Shown piece after piece: positions 25,368 through 38,952 of a stretch of DNA of 60,275 bases. The position numbers and the translations under genes were made by a program. The DNA is from Octopus bimaculoides. Its lineage: Eukaryota. The stretch lies in the NCBI RefSeq assembly GCF_001194135.2, contig NC_068986.1:79688817-79749091 (forward strand), written 5' to 3'. Positions within the stretch are counted from its first letter, which is position 1; each line of letters opens with the position of its first letter. Under the pieces are notes generated by a model that saw nothing but the letters and a program-made list of their open reading frames with translations, made no database searches and had not been told where the DNA came from.

Positions 25368-26294
25368 CTTTTTTTTTTTTGGACTACCACCCAATTCTCA
25401 GACTTCATCTTTTTGGACTTTTAATGCTCACTCGGAATTTTATTTTCATCTTCAAATTTTTTACCATCTCTGTGTTTAACATCTCGTTTTTACCCTGAAT
25501 TTTTTAAACTTTAACACCTTGTTTCATAGTCCTTCACTAGAGAAAAAAAATCCAAAGCACACACCATTTTACAGCAATTCCTCAACAACTTTAATTACAC
25601 ACTCGTTCACGCAACATAAATTGTACACATTCAATTCATTGACGACATCAAATTTACATATATCTCGACACGATCATATATCCAACAATATACACACCTG
25701 CACCATATCTTTTAAGTCAATTTCCAAACACTCGCTGACACATGAACCTACTAACCTGCTCCTAACATAATCTTGTCTCTCAACATAGAGTGTAAATCCT
25801 TCAGGTTTTCAACTCTTCACATTCCCACCTCACCCACGCGTCCCTACCCCTAATTCATATTTTTACATTATTTCTTACATTTTTCTGTAATTTTAATTGT
25901 GCTTTTATTTTCATTATACTCTCCGCTTCTCTTTATCTTTCTGAAATCTAATCCCTATTTCAAATTCCCAAGCGTTAACATACTACTATATTCGTTATAC
26001 TTTCTTATTGTGTTGTGCTTTGTCTTATGATTGTACATTTTGCACTATGTGTATGTGTATGTGCGAGCATGTACACAAGCAGTACCTCCAGCACTGTCAT
26101 CCTAGCACCGCAGAGGCAGTCGAAATATACTGGCTTAAAATCACCTCGTAACACATGTATCTGTCAGCGTGTGCTTGTATACGCGTATGTCTAAATACAC
26201 GTATGTCTAAATACGCGTATGTCTAAATATATCTGTATACCTCAAGGACATTTTTCCCATTATTTTAATATGGAAAGCTTACTAAACAATTCCT

Positions 26295-26346
<52 letters not shown>

Positions 26347-28721
26347 NNNNNNNNNNNNNNNNNNNNNNNNNNNNNNNNNNNNNNNNNNNNNNNNNNNNNN
26401 NNNNNNNNNNNNNNNNNNNNNNNNNNNNNNNNNNNNNNNNNNNNNNNNNNNNNNNNNNNNNNNNNNNNNNNNNNNNNNNNNNNNNNNNNNNNNNNNNNNN
26501 NNNNNNNNNNNNNNNNNNNNNNNNNNNNNNNNNNNNNNNNNNNNNNNNNNNNNNNNNNNNNNNNNNNNNNNNNNNNNNNNNNNNNNNNNNNNNNNNNNNN
26601 NNNNNNNNNNNNNNNNNNNNNNNNNNNNNNNNNNNNNNNNNNNNNNNNNNNNNNNNNNNNNNNNNNNNNNNNNNNNNNNNNNNNNNNNNNNNNNNNNNNN
26701 NNNNNNNNNNNGAGTGGGAGGGAGGAAAAGAGAGAGTGTGATGGAAAGGGAGAAAGAGAGAGATGACTAAATTGGACGGGCAGATGAATGAATGTTTTGA
26801 TGGATCGCCGGATGGATGCGGTTAATTCTGTTTGAAGCTATGTAATTAAAATTCTCGTAAGATGACTTTGCAGTGCACTTCAATCTCAGACCCACAGATT
26901 TTCAGTGTCCTTATACTACATTCTCTATAATTACCAGAGTATATTCTGCTACTCAGAACCAGCGGCATAGCCAGTGGATTCGAGGGTTACAGTCCGCTTC
27001 AGGCGAAGCTTTTATATGAGTGATTCTCTTGGGTCTACTATATAATCTGCATAGGCTTTAGAATCCGGGTGAGGTGAAAACTCATAGACTGCCCCGGACG
27101 GTACATACTACCTCGTTCTATACCGCCTGCTCCTAAGCCCTCCGGACTCTCTCCTCCTCTATTCACATAGTAATGTACCAAGTTACATCAGCATTTATTT
27201 CCACTCCTACTTTCCTTGAAAGCCTTCTCAAGAATATCCTCGTTACCCATGTATTTCATGCAGTCGTTAGGCTGCAGTTGTTTGTTTTTTTTTAAAAGCA
27301 CTTATACAATCAATCACACCAGTCTAAGAAGAACTGTGAAGTCAAGATGCGCAGTTGCTTCCTCGAAAACAAAACATAAGACAAAACAAATATATCAATG
27401 ACACAAAAAAAATAACTATTGCACCGTGTAGACAAAGTAACACACGATGCAGTAATCAGTAATACACCTGTTTCCTAAAGACCTTGATTTAATGTCTGAT
27501 ATATTATCAAAGTGCAGGCTTTTAGACGATAAGTTAACAGTCTTTCAATATTCAGCTCCGTCATAAACTAAATGTAAGAGTTAAATACTTAACAACTCTT
27601 AATCTCATTTTTTTTTTTTTTTTGTAAGTAATATGACCGTTGAATATGCGCTAATAATCATACTAATAATATATTACATTCCAATGAGGGATCTGAAACG
27701 TTTTATCAAAATGTCAAAACGATATATTTTATTTCTCTTCAACGTAGTTGAGCGTCAGAGAAAATGGGTGATTTCTTAGTGCTTCATGTCCGATAAGGAG
27801 GAGAATAATAAATATTGCATTAGAGTTATGGGAAGAATAGTTTGCGTGAACCTGTAGTCATGGTATATCACATATCAACAAGATGGTGGTATTAAATTAC
27901 TGATATCAAGGTAGCGAACGCCGAATACGCAAACAGTCTTTATGAGCTGAACTGTTAGCGTGCATTTCAATTCCAAACTGAAATCTCTTCCTTTATCACA
28001 GCCAAGGCCAATGAAATAAGGCCAAACACTTCACAAAGTCTTTCTCCCAAGTGAAAAGGAATGTAAACAAGAAAATTATTTTCTTTTTAGACCTTAATGC
28101 CATGTGTCCTTTTCCTTCCAAAAACAGTATGATAAGATAACATGGAAAGTTAGCACTTATTTTTCTGAGTTGAGCGAGTACATAGAGGCACTTCAATGAA
28201 TGTTTATGCTGTTGCTGTTGTTCTTTCTGATAAGCATGATGATTTTTAACTGCAGGTAAGTACTTATCCATGAGACATATGATCAAACCATTATAGCCAT
28301 AACAAACCTGTCGTCATTTTAGAGCTATTTCGAATTACAATATCTCATGACTCCTTCCTTTTCATAAGATGATAGGATATGATTTAGAGGATATATACCT
28401 GCTATCTTTAGCACGTCGATCCTAAAGGACCTATCAAGTGTAATGGGAAAGTTATGTTAATTTTAAGGTTCAGGAATGAAAGTACATTAGTTCTTGCTAT
28501 GCTTAGAGCAAACCTATTTTCAACCAAAACTATTTATTACCACAGCGTTTTGCTCTAACGTACCTAAAATTACACAAGTCAACGTATCCTTACTTTCTTT
28601 CCTCGGGCTGCAGGTTGGGATTCAGAGAGGTTTTATTTATATATCTTAACTCTATCATATGTTGTGAACAATTGTTTCATCGGTTGTTGATTCCCAATCA
28701 ATCACTTGTTCACTTCATTTT

Positions 28722-28905
28722 ATCTTTTACTTGTTTCAGTCATTAGACTTCGGCCATGCTGGGATACCGCCTTGAAGGATTTTTAGTCGAATGTATCTAC
28801 TCCAGTACTTGTTTTTTTTTTTTTTTTTAGCCTGGTACTTATTCTATCAACTTGTTTTGCCGAACCGGCTGTCATGCGGTGGTGGGGAAAAACACTGACA
28901 CAAAG
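28722..28905 (-). mobile_element. Family A SINE 3' half
   Basis: TTTCAGTCATTAGACTTCGGCCATGCTGG..TACTTATTCTATC. Confidence 0.8.
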
Positions 28906-28961
28906 ACACACAGATACACACACATACATACATGCATACATACATACATACATACATACAT

Positions 28962-29030
<69 letters not shown>

Positions 29031-29107
29031 TAATATATATATATATATATTTATTTATTTATTTATGTGTTTCAGCCAAGTGGCTGCGGTCATGCTGGTG
29101 CACCACC

Positions 29108-29176
<69 letters not shown>

Positions 29177-30039
29177 CGTCTTACCTTTATGCATAGTTAT
29201 ATACTTAAATATGTATATATAAAAGACAAGAGTTAAATTGAAGGGTTACACAATATCTTTCAGTAGAGTATAATATTTACTTCATTTTTTTTACAAAGGT
29301 TGAAAGTTAATTCGAAGTTTCTGGTTAGTAGCCTTCATTTGATAGTTTTATATATGTCTCTGAATGTCCGAATAGTTGATTTTGTGTTTTATCACGTCTA
29401 TGAACCTTTAAGTTACATGAGAAGCTATGTCAACCTGTTACTCAATAAATACAACCCCAGCTATATGCGTTGTATGCAACTTCCGCTCGTTTCTTCACTC
29501 AAAAACACAACTCAAATACAATTATATGTTAGTTGGTGGTGCCTTAATATGGCCACAGTCTTTAGGTTAAGACACATGAAAGAATAAAATATACGCATTC
29601 ACTACACGCATCTTAATAAGCACTTACATGCATTATACATTTTAATGGTTCCAAGGACGGTGTAAGTCGCTGCACAAGCTCAGTTCTTCTTACATCAGAA
29701 ACAGCTGTAAGGTAGCGACGGTGACTACGTAACTCTTGCCCTTTTGTCATTCATAAATTGATATTGTGCTTTGTATTCTCATAACGCTTTGCACAAGGCA
29801 TAAGTATACTGATATTAGTATCGGTATTAGTATCGCTATGCCTAAGCGAAACCATTACACAGACACACATATGTATATTACCGTTTTTTTATGTATGTCT
29901 CCTCTGTATTCAATCATTTAAATTCTTCCTCTGAAGAAAGATCTCGTTTATAACAAAGATACAAAGCTCTATCGTTGGAATGGAGAGTACGAAAGCAATG
30001 TCACATTTAACATGATAAAAGTCTTGCATAGTTTTACTG

Positions 30040-30470
30040 TTCCGCTCACAAGTTGCATTTGTAATGTGCGAATCATTTGGTTGATCTCGTTTTTTTTTTT
30101 TTGTTTTTGTTTTTTGAAAATCCAAGCTTATCTAGACTGACAATTAGGCATTTACTTATAAAACCAAGTGCTCCAATTATTATTGGTATAAATGTAAATT
30201 TGTAATCCGGATAAAGAAGCTGAAGGTTTCGAAGCAGTTGCCCAGAGTTAACTTCTTTGTCTTTGATTTTCAGAGAGATATTGACATCAGCAGGACAGCT
30301 GAACTGAATCACGGTACATACTTTTTCTTGTCTGTCTCAAACAAAAATATCCGGCCTGTTATGTTTACACTTGACAGATGTTTCGATGGGAATGTTCTAC
30401 CAGTATTCCTTGTGCTGGTATTTGTGTATGTATTCAATAACAGGGGTATTCTCGATATTATTCTAGGATA
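30040..30470 (-). mobile_element. Second RLE-type LINE 3' fragment (same family as 2250-3075)
   Basis: KPDIFVWDRQEK.CTVIQFSCP..LQLLYPDYKFTFIPIIIGALG. Confidence 0.85.
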
Positions 30471-31336
30471 GTATGTATGTATGTATGTATGTATGTATGT
30501 ATGTATGAATATTTTTGTGGAGTTTATACTTACTTTTCACGCACAAGTCATTGATCACGTATCCTGAAGATACCGAACCCGGAGCCATGTAACTGTGAAA
30601 TGAATTTCTTAGCCATACAATCATAAAGCCCTCGTTCTAGAGGGTTTTCTCACAGCTTCAACAAAGATTTTCTAATATTCAAGAATAGTAGTGAAGGTTT
30701 TTATAGTAAAGTACCTTTGTTGTGAAGATTGATTCACTAAACACTCAGTCCCTTCCGTTAACAATTGTAGCAAAAATAATTGAACTTGCTTTTGTAGAGC
30801 CGAAATAATTCAAAACATGACAAGTAAATTCGAAATTGAAGACTATCACGCGAGAAGCGGGTAGGAGAGAATAAAATATTGGTTTGTAAGTAAGAGAAGT
30901 TATTTTCACTTAGAGGGTAATCAAATGTAAAACAATGTTGACATATTTCCTTTATATCTATAATGTATTATATTAATAATTTCATATCTAGTTGTATTTT
31001 GTTCACTGCGTGTGACTGCGTTATGATTATACACATATGTAAACATTAAACATACTTCTGTACATGTATCTGCATATGTATAAAAGCTTGGCAAGGCTGG
31101 TATAGCGAACGATAAGAGCCTGACAAATCGATTCCTCGACGCATTTTAGATTTCCTGTTCAAGTCACTTCAGTTTTACTGATTGTACATTTAGGAAAACC
31201 ATCACCATAACATATTTCCGTTCTGTTTTTACCTAAATTACAAGGCCTGTATATCTAGTAAAGAAAAAAACAGCATCACTATCTCATCAACACACATGTG
31301 GGAGTGTGTGTGAAAGAGTATGTGAAAGTGCGTGCG

Positions 31337-31392
<56 letters not shown>

Positions 31393-32112
31393 TGTGTTAT
31401 ATTGCAAACACGATTTGGCTAATGTTTTATCCTTATCAAAGAATTTTTTTATTCTTATNNNNNNNNNNNNNNNNNNNNNNNNNNNNNNNNNNNNNNNNNN
31501 NNNNNNNNNNNNNNNNNNNNNNNNNNNNNNNNNNNNNNNNNNNNNNNNNNNNNNNNNNNNNNNNNNNNNNNNNNNNNNNNNNNNNNNNNNNNNNNNNNNN
31601 NNNNNNNNNNNNNNNNNNNNNNNNNNNNNNNNNNNNNNNNNNNNNNNNNNNNNNNNNNNNNNNNNNNNNNNNNNNNNNNNNNNNNNNNNNNNNNNNNNNN
31701 NNNNNNNNNNNNNNNNNNNNNNNNNNNNNNNNNNNNNNNNNNNNNNNNNNNNNNNNNNNNNNNNNNNNNNNNNNNNNNNNNNNNNNNNNNNNNNNNNNNN
31801 NNNNNNNNNNNNNNNNNNNNNNNNNNNNNNNNNNNNNNNNNNNNNNNNNNNNNNNNNNNNNNNNNNNNNNNNNNNNNNNNNNNNNNNNNNNNNNNNNNNN
31901 NNNNNNNNNNNNNNNNNNNNNNNNNNNNNNNNNNNNNNNNNNNNNNNNNNNNNNNNNNNNNNNNNNNNNNNNNNNNNNNNNNNNNNNNNNNNNNNNNNNN
32001 NNNNNNNNNNNNNNNNNNNNNNNNNNNNNNNNNNNNNNNNNNNNNNNNNNNNNNNNNNNNNNNNNNNNNNNNNNNNNNNNNNNNNNNNNNNNNNNNNNNN
32101 NNNNNNNNNNNN

Positions 32113-32149
<37 letters not shown>

Positions 32150-33496
32150 TACTCTATTTCCTAATTTGGGATATATATAAATATATATCCTTGATTCTGT
32201 CACCTCGGTGAAGTTGTGAGAAACCTAAAATAATACATACACACTTACTACTTCTTTTACATTAATATTACTTCGAAAAACAATATGTTTTATTAGGTAC
32301 CAAGTGTTTTGCCATACATTTTCGTTACAGTCACTTTGCAGTATCCTTCGTAATAAAGATAAAATGTATAACGATATATTCTAAAGCCACATAATATATA
32401 TATATCATTGTTACAATATATGAATGAGGTAAATGTTAAAGATAAGATTTTTTGTTTTCTTTTATGTCTCATCTACAACGGTATTCATTTAGTCACAAAA
32501 TACGGCCCCGGATCAAATCACGTATCAAGCTTAAGCATATACATACATATATGAATATATATGTATGTATGTTCATGTGTGTGTGTGTGTGTGTGCATGT
32601 GTGTGTGTTTATGTGTGTGTGTGTATGGTATATGTGTGTGTATATATATATATATGTATAAATATATATATATATATATATANNNNNNNNNNNNNNNNNN
32701 NNNNNNNNNNNNNNNNNNNNNNNNNNNNNNNNNNNNNNNNNNNNNNNNNNNNNNNNNNNNNNNNNNNNNNNNNNNNNNNNNNNNNNNNNNNNNNNNNNNN
32801 NNNNNNNNNNNNNNNNNNNNNNNNNNNNNNNNNNNNNNNNNNNNNNNNNNNNNNNNNNATATATGTCCATATATATATTATCCTTTTTTTATAGAATACA
32901 TGATCAATAAATACGAGTTCTGCAATAATAGTATAATACAGTATACCTGCAAAAATTTACCGACCTGCTTAAGAATGCTTTTAAACAATTTTTTCTTTCT
33001 GCATTTGATCGCACAAAGAATCAAATGCTGTTATTGCACGACATGTATATATCATTGTTTCTACGTATAAAGCATTGTTCTGCTTAGTAGCAGGGAAGAG
33101 TACGTTCCGAGGCTAGTAGTATTATTATATTTTCATTCGTGTAAATACGAGACGAAGTTTTTGTTGTTAATGAAAAGATTCTTTGGCAATGAGGTAATTT
33201 TGTATGCATACCTCAAGCCGTCTGGTAACATATGATTGCCGAAATGCAAATACACATTCACTATACAGCCATTTGTCTTCCTTTTGCTAGTGGATATATG
33301 TGAGCTGAACGAATCTTCAAAATTTTCGATAAGAGGTAAATTACACTCTGTATTTTTTAATATAAATATACTCCAGTTTATTTTTGCATATTTGAGCGAT
33401 TATGCTATTATTAGGGCCCATGCAATTATTGAATACCGTGTATTCTATAATAAAGGAACATCTATCGGGGTACGTTTTAAAAGATATTTATTGGTG

Positions 33497-33690
33497 CAAG
33501 CATGACTGTGTGGTTAAGATGTTTGCTTCGCAAAACTGTTAGTTTAGGTTTCATCCCACTTCGTGGCACCTTAGGTAAGTGCCATGTGAGTGAACATGAT
33601 AGACTGTGGAAGACTAGATATATCTATATATATGAGCATGCGTGTTTTTTTATGATTCCCTTACGCCATGACAACCCGTCTTAATTTGGT
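33497..33690 (+). mobile_element. Decayed tRNA/CORE-like SINE, locally duplicated at 35360-35528
   Basis: Head TGACTGTGTGGTTAAG and core GTGGCACCTTAGGTAAGTG. Confidence 0.7.
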
Positions 33691-33809
33691 TTCCGTAAGC
33701 TAGCAGTGATATAAAAGAAAACGTGAAAATAATAATCAGATTTAAAATGAATACTCGTTTCTATTTTTTCAGTCCATTTCCTAATGTCGTCGTCGTCGTC
33801 GTCGTCGTC

Positions 33810-34220
33810 ATTGTCATGTATCGTTCGCCTGCAGCGCATTGATAACACTACAACAAAAGACTTCTCGATAAAGCGGGAGTTCTCCAACTGCCTTTCCACT
33901 CTTGTCTATCTCTTGCATTCTTTGCCTACCTCTTAATTTACTACTCTCTATTCTTCCTTTCATAATAATATTTTCCACAACTCTGCTTCTTCGAATATGG
34001 CCATAATAGATAAGCTTTTGCTTTTTGACAATGTTCAGGAGTTGTTGTCTTTCAACTACTTGTTCTATCACTCATTCCTTTGTCCGATGATCCTTGTGAA
34101 ATACTCGTAGCATTCGCCTATATACCCATACATCAATTGATTATATTCTCTTCAAAGTTTTTCAGAGTCCATGCTTCGCAACCCTAAATGCGTATTGGTC
34201 AAATGAGTGCTCGCTCTAAT
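33810..34220 (-). mobile_element. RTE-clade LINE ORF2 C-terminal fragment
   Basis: GCEAWTLK..EENI, then LLNIVKKQKLIYYGHIRR..ENIIMKGRIE..RGRQR. Confidence 0.8.
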
Positions 34221-34595
34221 CCCTAATATAAAAGCATTGTTTCATATTTAGAAACAATTATATATTCATCACCCGTCGTAAATGTGTAAGTATTATATTC
34301 TTTGATCTTACAAATATCAATTTCTTTATAAAGATTTTGTGGTTGCATGATAAAATTGAGTTCACAACCCAGGCTGTTGATAATATAGGAACGCTTGAAT
34401 ATATATACTGATAACAAACGGATATGTAAACCATCTCCAAATACAACCAACTGCTTTTCTATAAACATGGTCTATCGAGCTATTCAAAACCTACAGATCT
34501 TTAGGTATGACGTAAATGAATATCTATGTTAATTTCAATATTTCAAAATTTGATTTTACTGCGCATTGTTGCATTTGCAGTATATCTACACACGC

Positions 34596-34628
<33 letters not shown>

Positions 34629-34730
34629 TATGGTAAGGGCTTGTGTATATTTACATAGAGAGAAAGGTTGGAAGGTAAAAAGGTTTCTTTCCTACCCTCA
34701 GTCTACCCGATAGTAATACCTTCCGTTGAA

Positions 34731-35232
34731 TACAGTTCTATATTTAAGAGATGAGGAATTACGTACATTATTCGACGGATATTTGTCATCATTTTGTTTC
34801 AGCCTTCTTCAGGTGTCTTGAGGAAATTTCGAACCTGGGTTCTCATTCCTAAGGCATTTTTCGGTGTTATTATTATTATTGTTCAAGTCACTGCTTGGAA
34901 TCAAACTCGGAATCTTGGGGTTAGTAGCCCGCTCTCTTAACCACTACGAGGGCAATTATTGAGTGAATTTTAGGGCTTATAGATCTAATACTTTTCCTAT
35001 CCTTCCTTAATACTGGTTCCCATATGCTGCTCATATCTGCACAGTATTAAGGAAGGACAGAAAAATATTCGATTGATAAGACCTAAAATTCACTCCATAA
35101 TTACCTACTGGCATATGGCGTAGTGGTTAAGAGCCCTGGCTACTAACCCCAATATTCCGAGTTCGATTCCAAGCAATAATAATAACACCGGGAATGAGAA
35201 TTCAGATTCCCCTGAAGAAGGCTGGAGAGTAA
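34731..35232. mobile_element. Head-to-head palindromic element; each arm is a tRNA-like head plus hammerhead-like tail
   Basis: The arms align from CAGTATTAAGGAAGG outward. tRNA-like boxes at 35110-35175(+) and 34891-34948(-). CTGAAGA-AGGCTG motifs at 35212(+) and 34812(-). Confidence 0.8.
35110..35175 (+). promoter_or_regulatory. tRNA-derived Pol III internal promoter (A and B boxes)
   Basis: TGGCGTAGTGG (A box), CTACTAA anticodon-like loop, GAGTTCGATTCC (B box). No complete acceptor stem. Confidence 0.7.
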
Positions 35233-35684
35233 CATGATATAAAAATTCATGTTATTTCATTCACCCACAGCAAGTTGAGCCTTTATAGCATAAGTCATGT
35301 TACCCGCGAAGTATTCCTACATTAAGCATATTTATGTATATTCTGAGTTATTTAATACACGCTGTTAGCTTAGGTTTCATCCCAGTTCGTGGCACCTTAG
35401 GTAAGTGCCATGTGAGTGAACGTGATAGACTGTGGAAGACTAGATATATCTATATCTATATATATGAGCATGCGTGTTTTTTTTATGATTCCCCTACACC
35501 ATGACAACCCGTCTTAATTTGGTTCCCGTTGTTATAACATGTCCTAGATGGACTACTTGGAATTTAAATTCTCATTTGGTATGTATACAAAGCTTGCTTT
35601 AACACAAAGACTATCGCTTTCTGAATGGTACGTATATATAGCAGTAGGATAGCAGTAGAAGAAGAATCGACTCTAGTACTGAAT

Positions 35685-35790
35685 TTTAATATTGTTTGTC
35701 GACTGCGAAAGGATGAAAAGTAAAGTTCACCTCGGCGCTGTTTGAACGCCGAGTACAAACAGCTGAAACGTTTCTCTGTACTTCGATTGT
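35685..35790 (-). mobile_element. Family B SINE fragment
   Basis: CGAAAGGATGAAAAGTAAAGTTCACCTCGGCG. Confidence 0.6.
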
Positions 35791-36088
35791 CAAATGTATT
35801 CTATTTTAGAGAACGCTACACGCTGTTTCCCTACATCGGCGGTGATCACTGTAAAATTCTCGATTCCTCCTGCATATCGTTGGGTATCATATTCGTTCGG
35901 AATCATTTCACTTGCTTGTATATGTAAATTAAATGTAAGCCATTTATCTAACAACGTCTTGCTGTTTCTTTCATCCACCTTTACCAAAAAATGAAGCCGT
36001 TTATCTGTATCAGGAATCAGAATTGTTCTTTCGTTTAATTTCCTTTATATCTACATTTATTAATATACATAGTAGCTGAAAGGCGTAA

Positions 36089-36156
<68 letters not shown>

Positions 36157-36345
36157 AAAGAGAGTGAGTGCATGTAAGTGAGCAAACACGTACGTGCATG
36201 TGTGCGTGTGATCGATGTACAAATTTTAATAAGTGTAATTTATTTTCATTTATTCGAAGCCACAGTGGCTTTTGTCTGCCTCTACTCTGAGTCATTCGTT
36301 TTCATCACGTTCCTTTCAGCCTCACAGACACACAGACACACAGAC

Positions 36346-36412
<67 letters not shown>

Positions 36413-36507
36413 AGTCTTACATGTTTGTATATATGCTCGGGAGGTTATTTTATCAGCATGTGCATATAAATGAGCGTCAATATTATGTTGTATGTTTAAT
36501 GTAGGTC

Positions 36508-36567
36508 GTCATATGTCATATGTCATATGTCATATGTCATATGTCATATGTCATATGTCATATGTCA
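36508..36567 (+). repeat. (GTCATAT)n heptamer tandem repeat, ~8.5 copies
   Basis: Read directly; perfect units. Confidence 0.95.
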
Positions 36568-36789
36568 GGTGAATGTCACTTATATTCATTGCAGTATCTC
36601 GATGATGGCTGACATAGTTTCAGTATCGGTCTTTCAAGGAAAAACATATTCAAACGTTTGTTGTTGCATGCCATTTTGTACGGCTCCGCATGAGAATTTT
36701 AAAAAAAGAAAGCCAATGAAACATTTGATTGTAAAGTTCTCTTGCAGCTTTCAATAGAATGCTGCAGCTGCCTTGTGCTAATATTGATT

Positions 36790-37231
36790 TTAAATTTTTG
36801 AACAAGGTCAGCATGTTTGAGGGGCGGGGCTAGTCGATTTCATCGACCCCAGTGTTTAACCACTACTTATTTTATTGACTCCGAAAAGACGAAAGGCAAA
36901 GTCGACCTCAGCGGAATTTGAAGTCAGAATGTAAAAACGGACGAAATTCTGGTAAGCATTTTGTCCGGCATGCTAACGATTCTGTCAGTTCACCGGCATA
37001 CATTCACTTTTAAATAGCGGTTTCGAATTTTAGCACAAGGCCAGAAATTTCGAGGGTGGGAGGTAAATCGATTACATCGACCCCAGTACTCAACTAGTAA
37101 TAGTCATATCGACCCCGAAATATAAGATATGGTCGACCTCGGTGGAATTTGAAATCAGTGTATAATGACGGACGAAATGTCGCTAAGCATTTTCTCCCTG
37201 GCGTGCTAACAAATCTGCCAGTTCGTTACCT
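36790..37231 (-). mobile_element. Two adjacent family B SINEs; second copy has a 19-bp TSD
   Basis: TACATTCACTT(T/C)TAAATAG at 36999-37017 and 37232-37250 flanks the second copy. Confidence 0.85.
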
Positions 37232-37707
37232 TACATTCACTTCTAAATAGTAAAATGTGATACTCTTGCGTTAGCGCGATTTAGTGCATGTTAAGTGTCT
37301 TGGTCACGGAAGTTTTATTGTGCCTTCCTGGTAACGGTAGTTCAGACCATTTCTTCTCAGCTATCCGCAGATTCCACTGTATATAATTCAAATAATTCTC
37401 GCATCTTTGTCTTTCATAGGTGTTATGTCATTTAAATTCAGACTTTATTTCAACATTTTAAATCAATCTTCATTTATATCTTACATTAAATTACAAAATA
37501 TATTAATATCGTGATGTAATTTACATAAATAAATTTGTTAGATAACACTTAATTTTTATCTTCAACATAGATAAAGGACCACTAGAAGTAGACTAGCAAT
37601 TAAAATGGACATTCTAAATATTTACTGTAATTGAAAAGCTGTTATTTTTTTCATTTCAATAGTTTTCCTTCTTCCTCATTTTTAATAATAATAATAATGA
37701 TTTCTTT

Positions 37708-37761
<54 letters not shown>

Positions 37762-37785
37762 CCTTTCTACCAGCTCACCATCTTA

Positions 37786-37832
<47 letters not shown>

Positions 37833-37833
37833 G

Positions 37834-37895
<62 letters not shown>

Positions 37896-37896
<1 letters not shown>

Positions 37897-38425
37897 GAAT
37901 AACAACAGAAAAAAGATGGTATAAACACACGCCAGAAAAGGTCACAGAAAACGAGAAAGCAACCATACTCTGGGATATGCCAATACACACAGATAGAGAA
38001 ATTAAGGCAAATAGACCAGATATAGTTGTCAAAGATCATGAAGAAAAAAAAATGCTTTCTAATTGATGTATCAATACCAGCAGATGACAACGTTTCTCTA
38101 AAAGAAATGGAAAAACTTTCAAAATACAAAGACCTGGAAATAGAGATAACTCGAATATGGAATCTAAAAACAGAAACAATTCCTATCATAGTAGGTGCCT
38201 TAGGTATAATAAAAAAATATTCAGACAAATACATAACAAGAATACCAGGACTTACAAATATATATAACATACAGAAAATTGCACTACTGGGTACTGCACA
38301 CATTCTACGCAAAACACTTTCAATACAGTAAACATAAGAGCACCACAGCAAACCACAGCACATACCCAAGGCGCACAGAGCTGCGCTCGGTAGTGAAGTG
38401 AAAGCACGTTATAAAAATAAAACTA

Positions 38426-38478
<53 letters not shown>

Positions 38479-38491
38479 TAATAATAATAAT
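37896..38491 (+). mobile_element. Young 5'-truncated R4/Dong-like RLE LINE with 3' UTR and (TAA)n tail
   Basis: WYKHTPEKV..ILWD..REIKANRPDIVVKD..CFLIDVSIP..EKLSKYKDLE..IPIIVGALG (PD-(D/E)xK endonuclease). One frameshift in an A9 run; stop at 38329-38331; embedded in (AAT)n. Confidence 0.92.
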
Positions 38492-38876
38492 AGACAATAC
38501 GAAGAGTACCATGCGATTGCAATAGATATTTTATTGGTTTGAACAATATTTCGACAACTTGCTTTTCTTTGTCTAGTTCAAAATGAAAAGCAATACATAG
38601 CAATTCAAAATTATAGAAATTCAAATTCAAAAATTTGAACGAGGGAAATCTGCGTTCCAACGTTAACAGAATGACATCATCAGTTTTCAATTATCAAGTT
38701 TACAACTGGCAAAAAGAAAAAGAAAGAAAAAAGAAGAAAGGTAAAACCAAATGTTCTAATTCTTATTCGGTGTAACGCTTTCCATATTGAACTCGATAAA
38801 AACAGGCAACCTGTCGAAATATTGTTCAAACCAATAAAATATCTATTGCAGTCGCATCGCGCTCTACGTATTGTCT
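38492..38876. repeat. Inverted repeat, ~100-bp arms around a ~175-bp spacer
   Basis: AGACAATACG..TGCAATAGATATTTTATTGGTTTGAACAATATTTCGACA.. matches the reverse complement of about 38775-38876. Confidence 0.9.
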
Positions 38877-38891
38877 CTTTACCTTTGTGAG

Positions 38892-38951
<60 letters not shown>

Positions 38952-38952
<1 letters not shown>

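Noticed and set aside
35110-35175. Functional tRNA gene
   Set aside because: There is no pairing acceptor stem, the anticodon stem is weak, and it is part of a repeated element.
36508-36567. CRISPR-like or spacer-containing array (also 26179-26229 and 56549-56632)
   Set aside because: These are simple tandem repeats without unique spacers, in a eukaryotic context.
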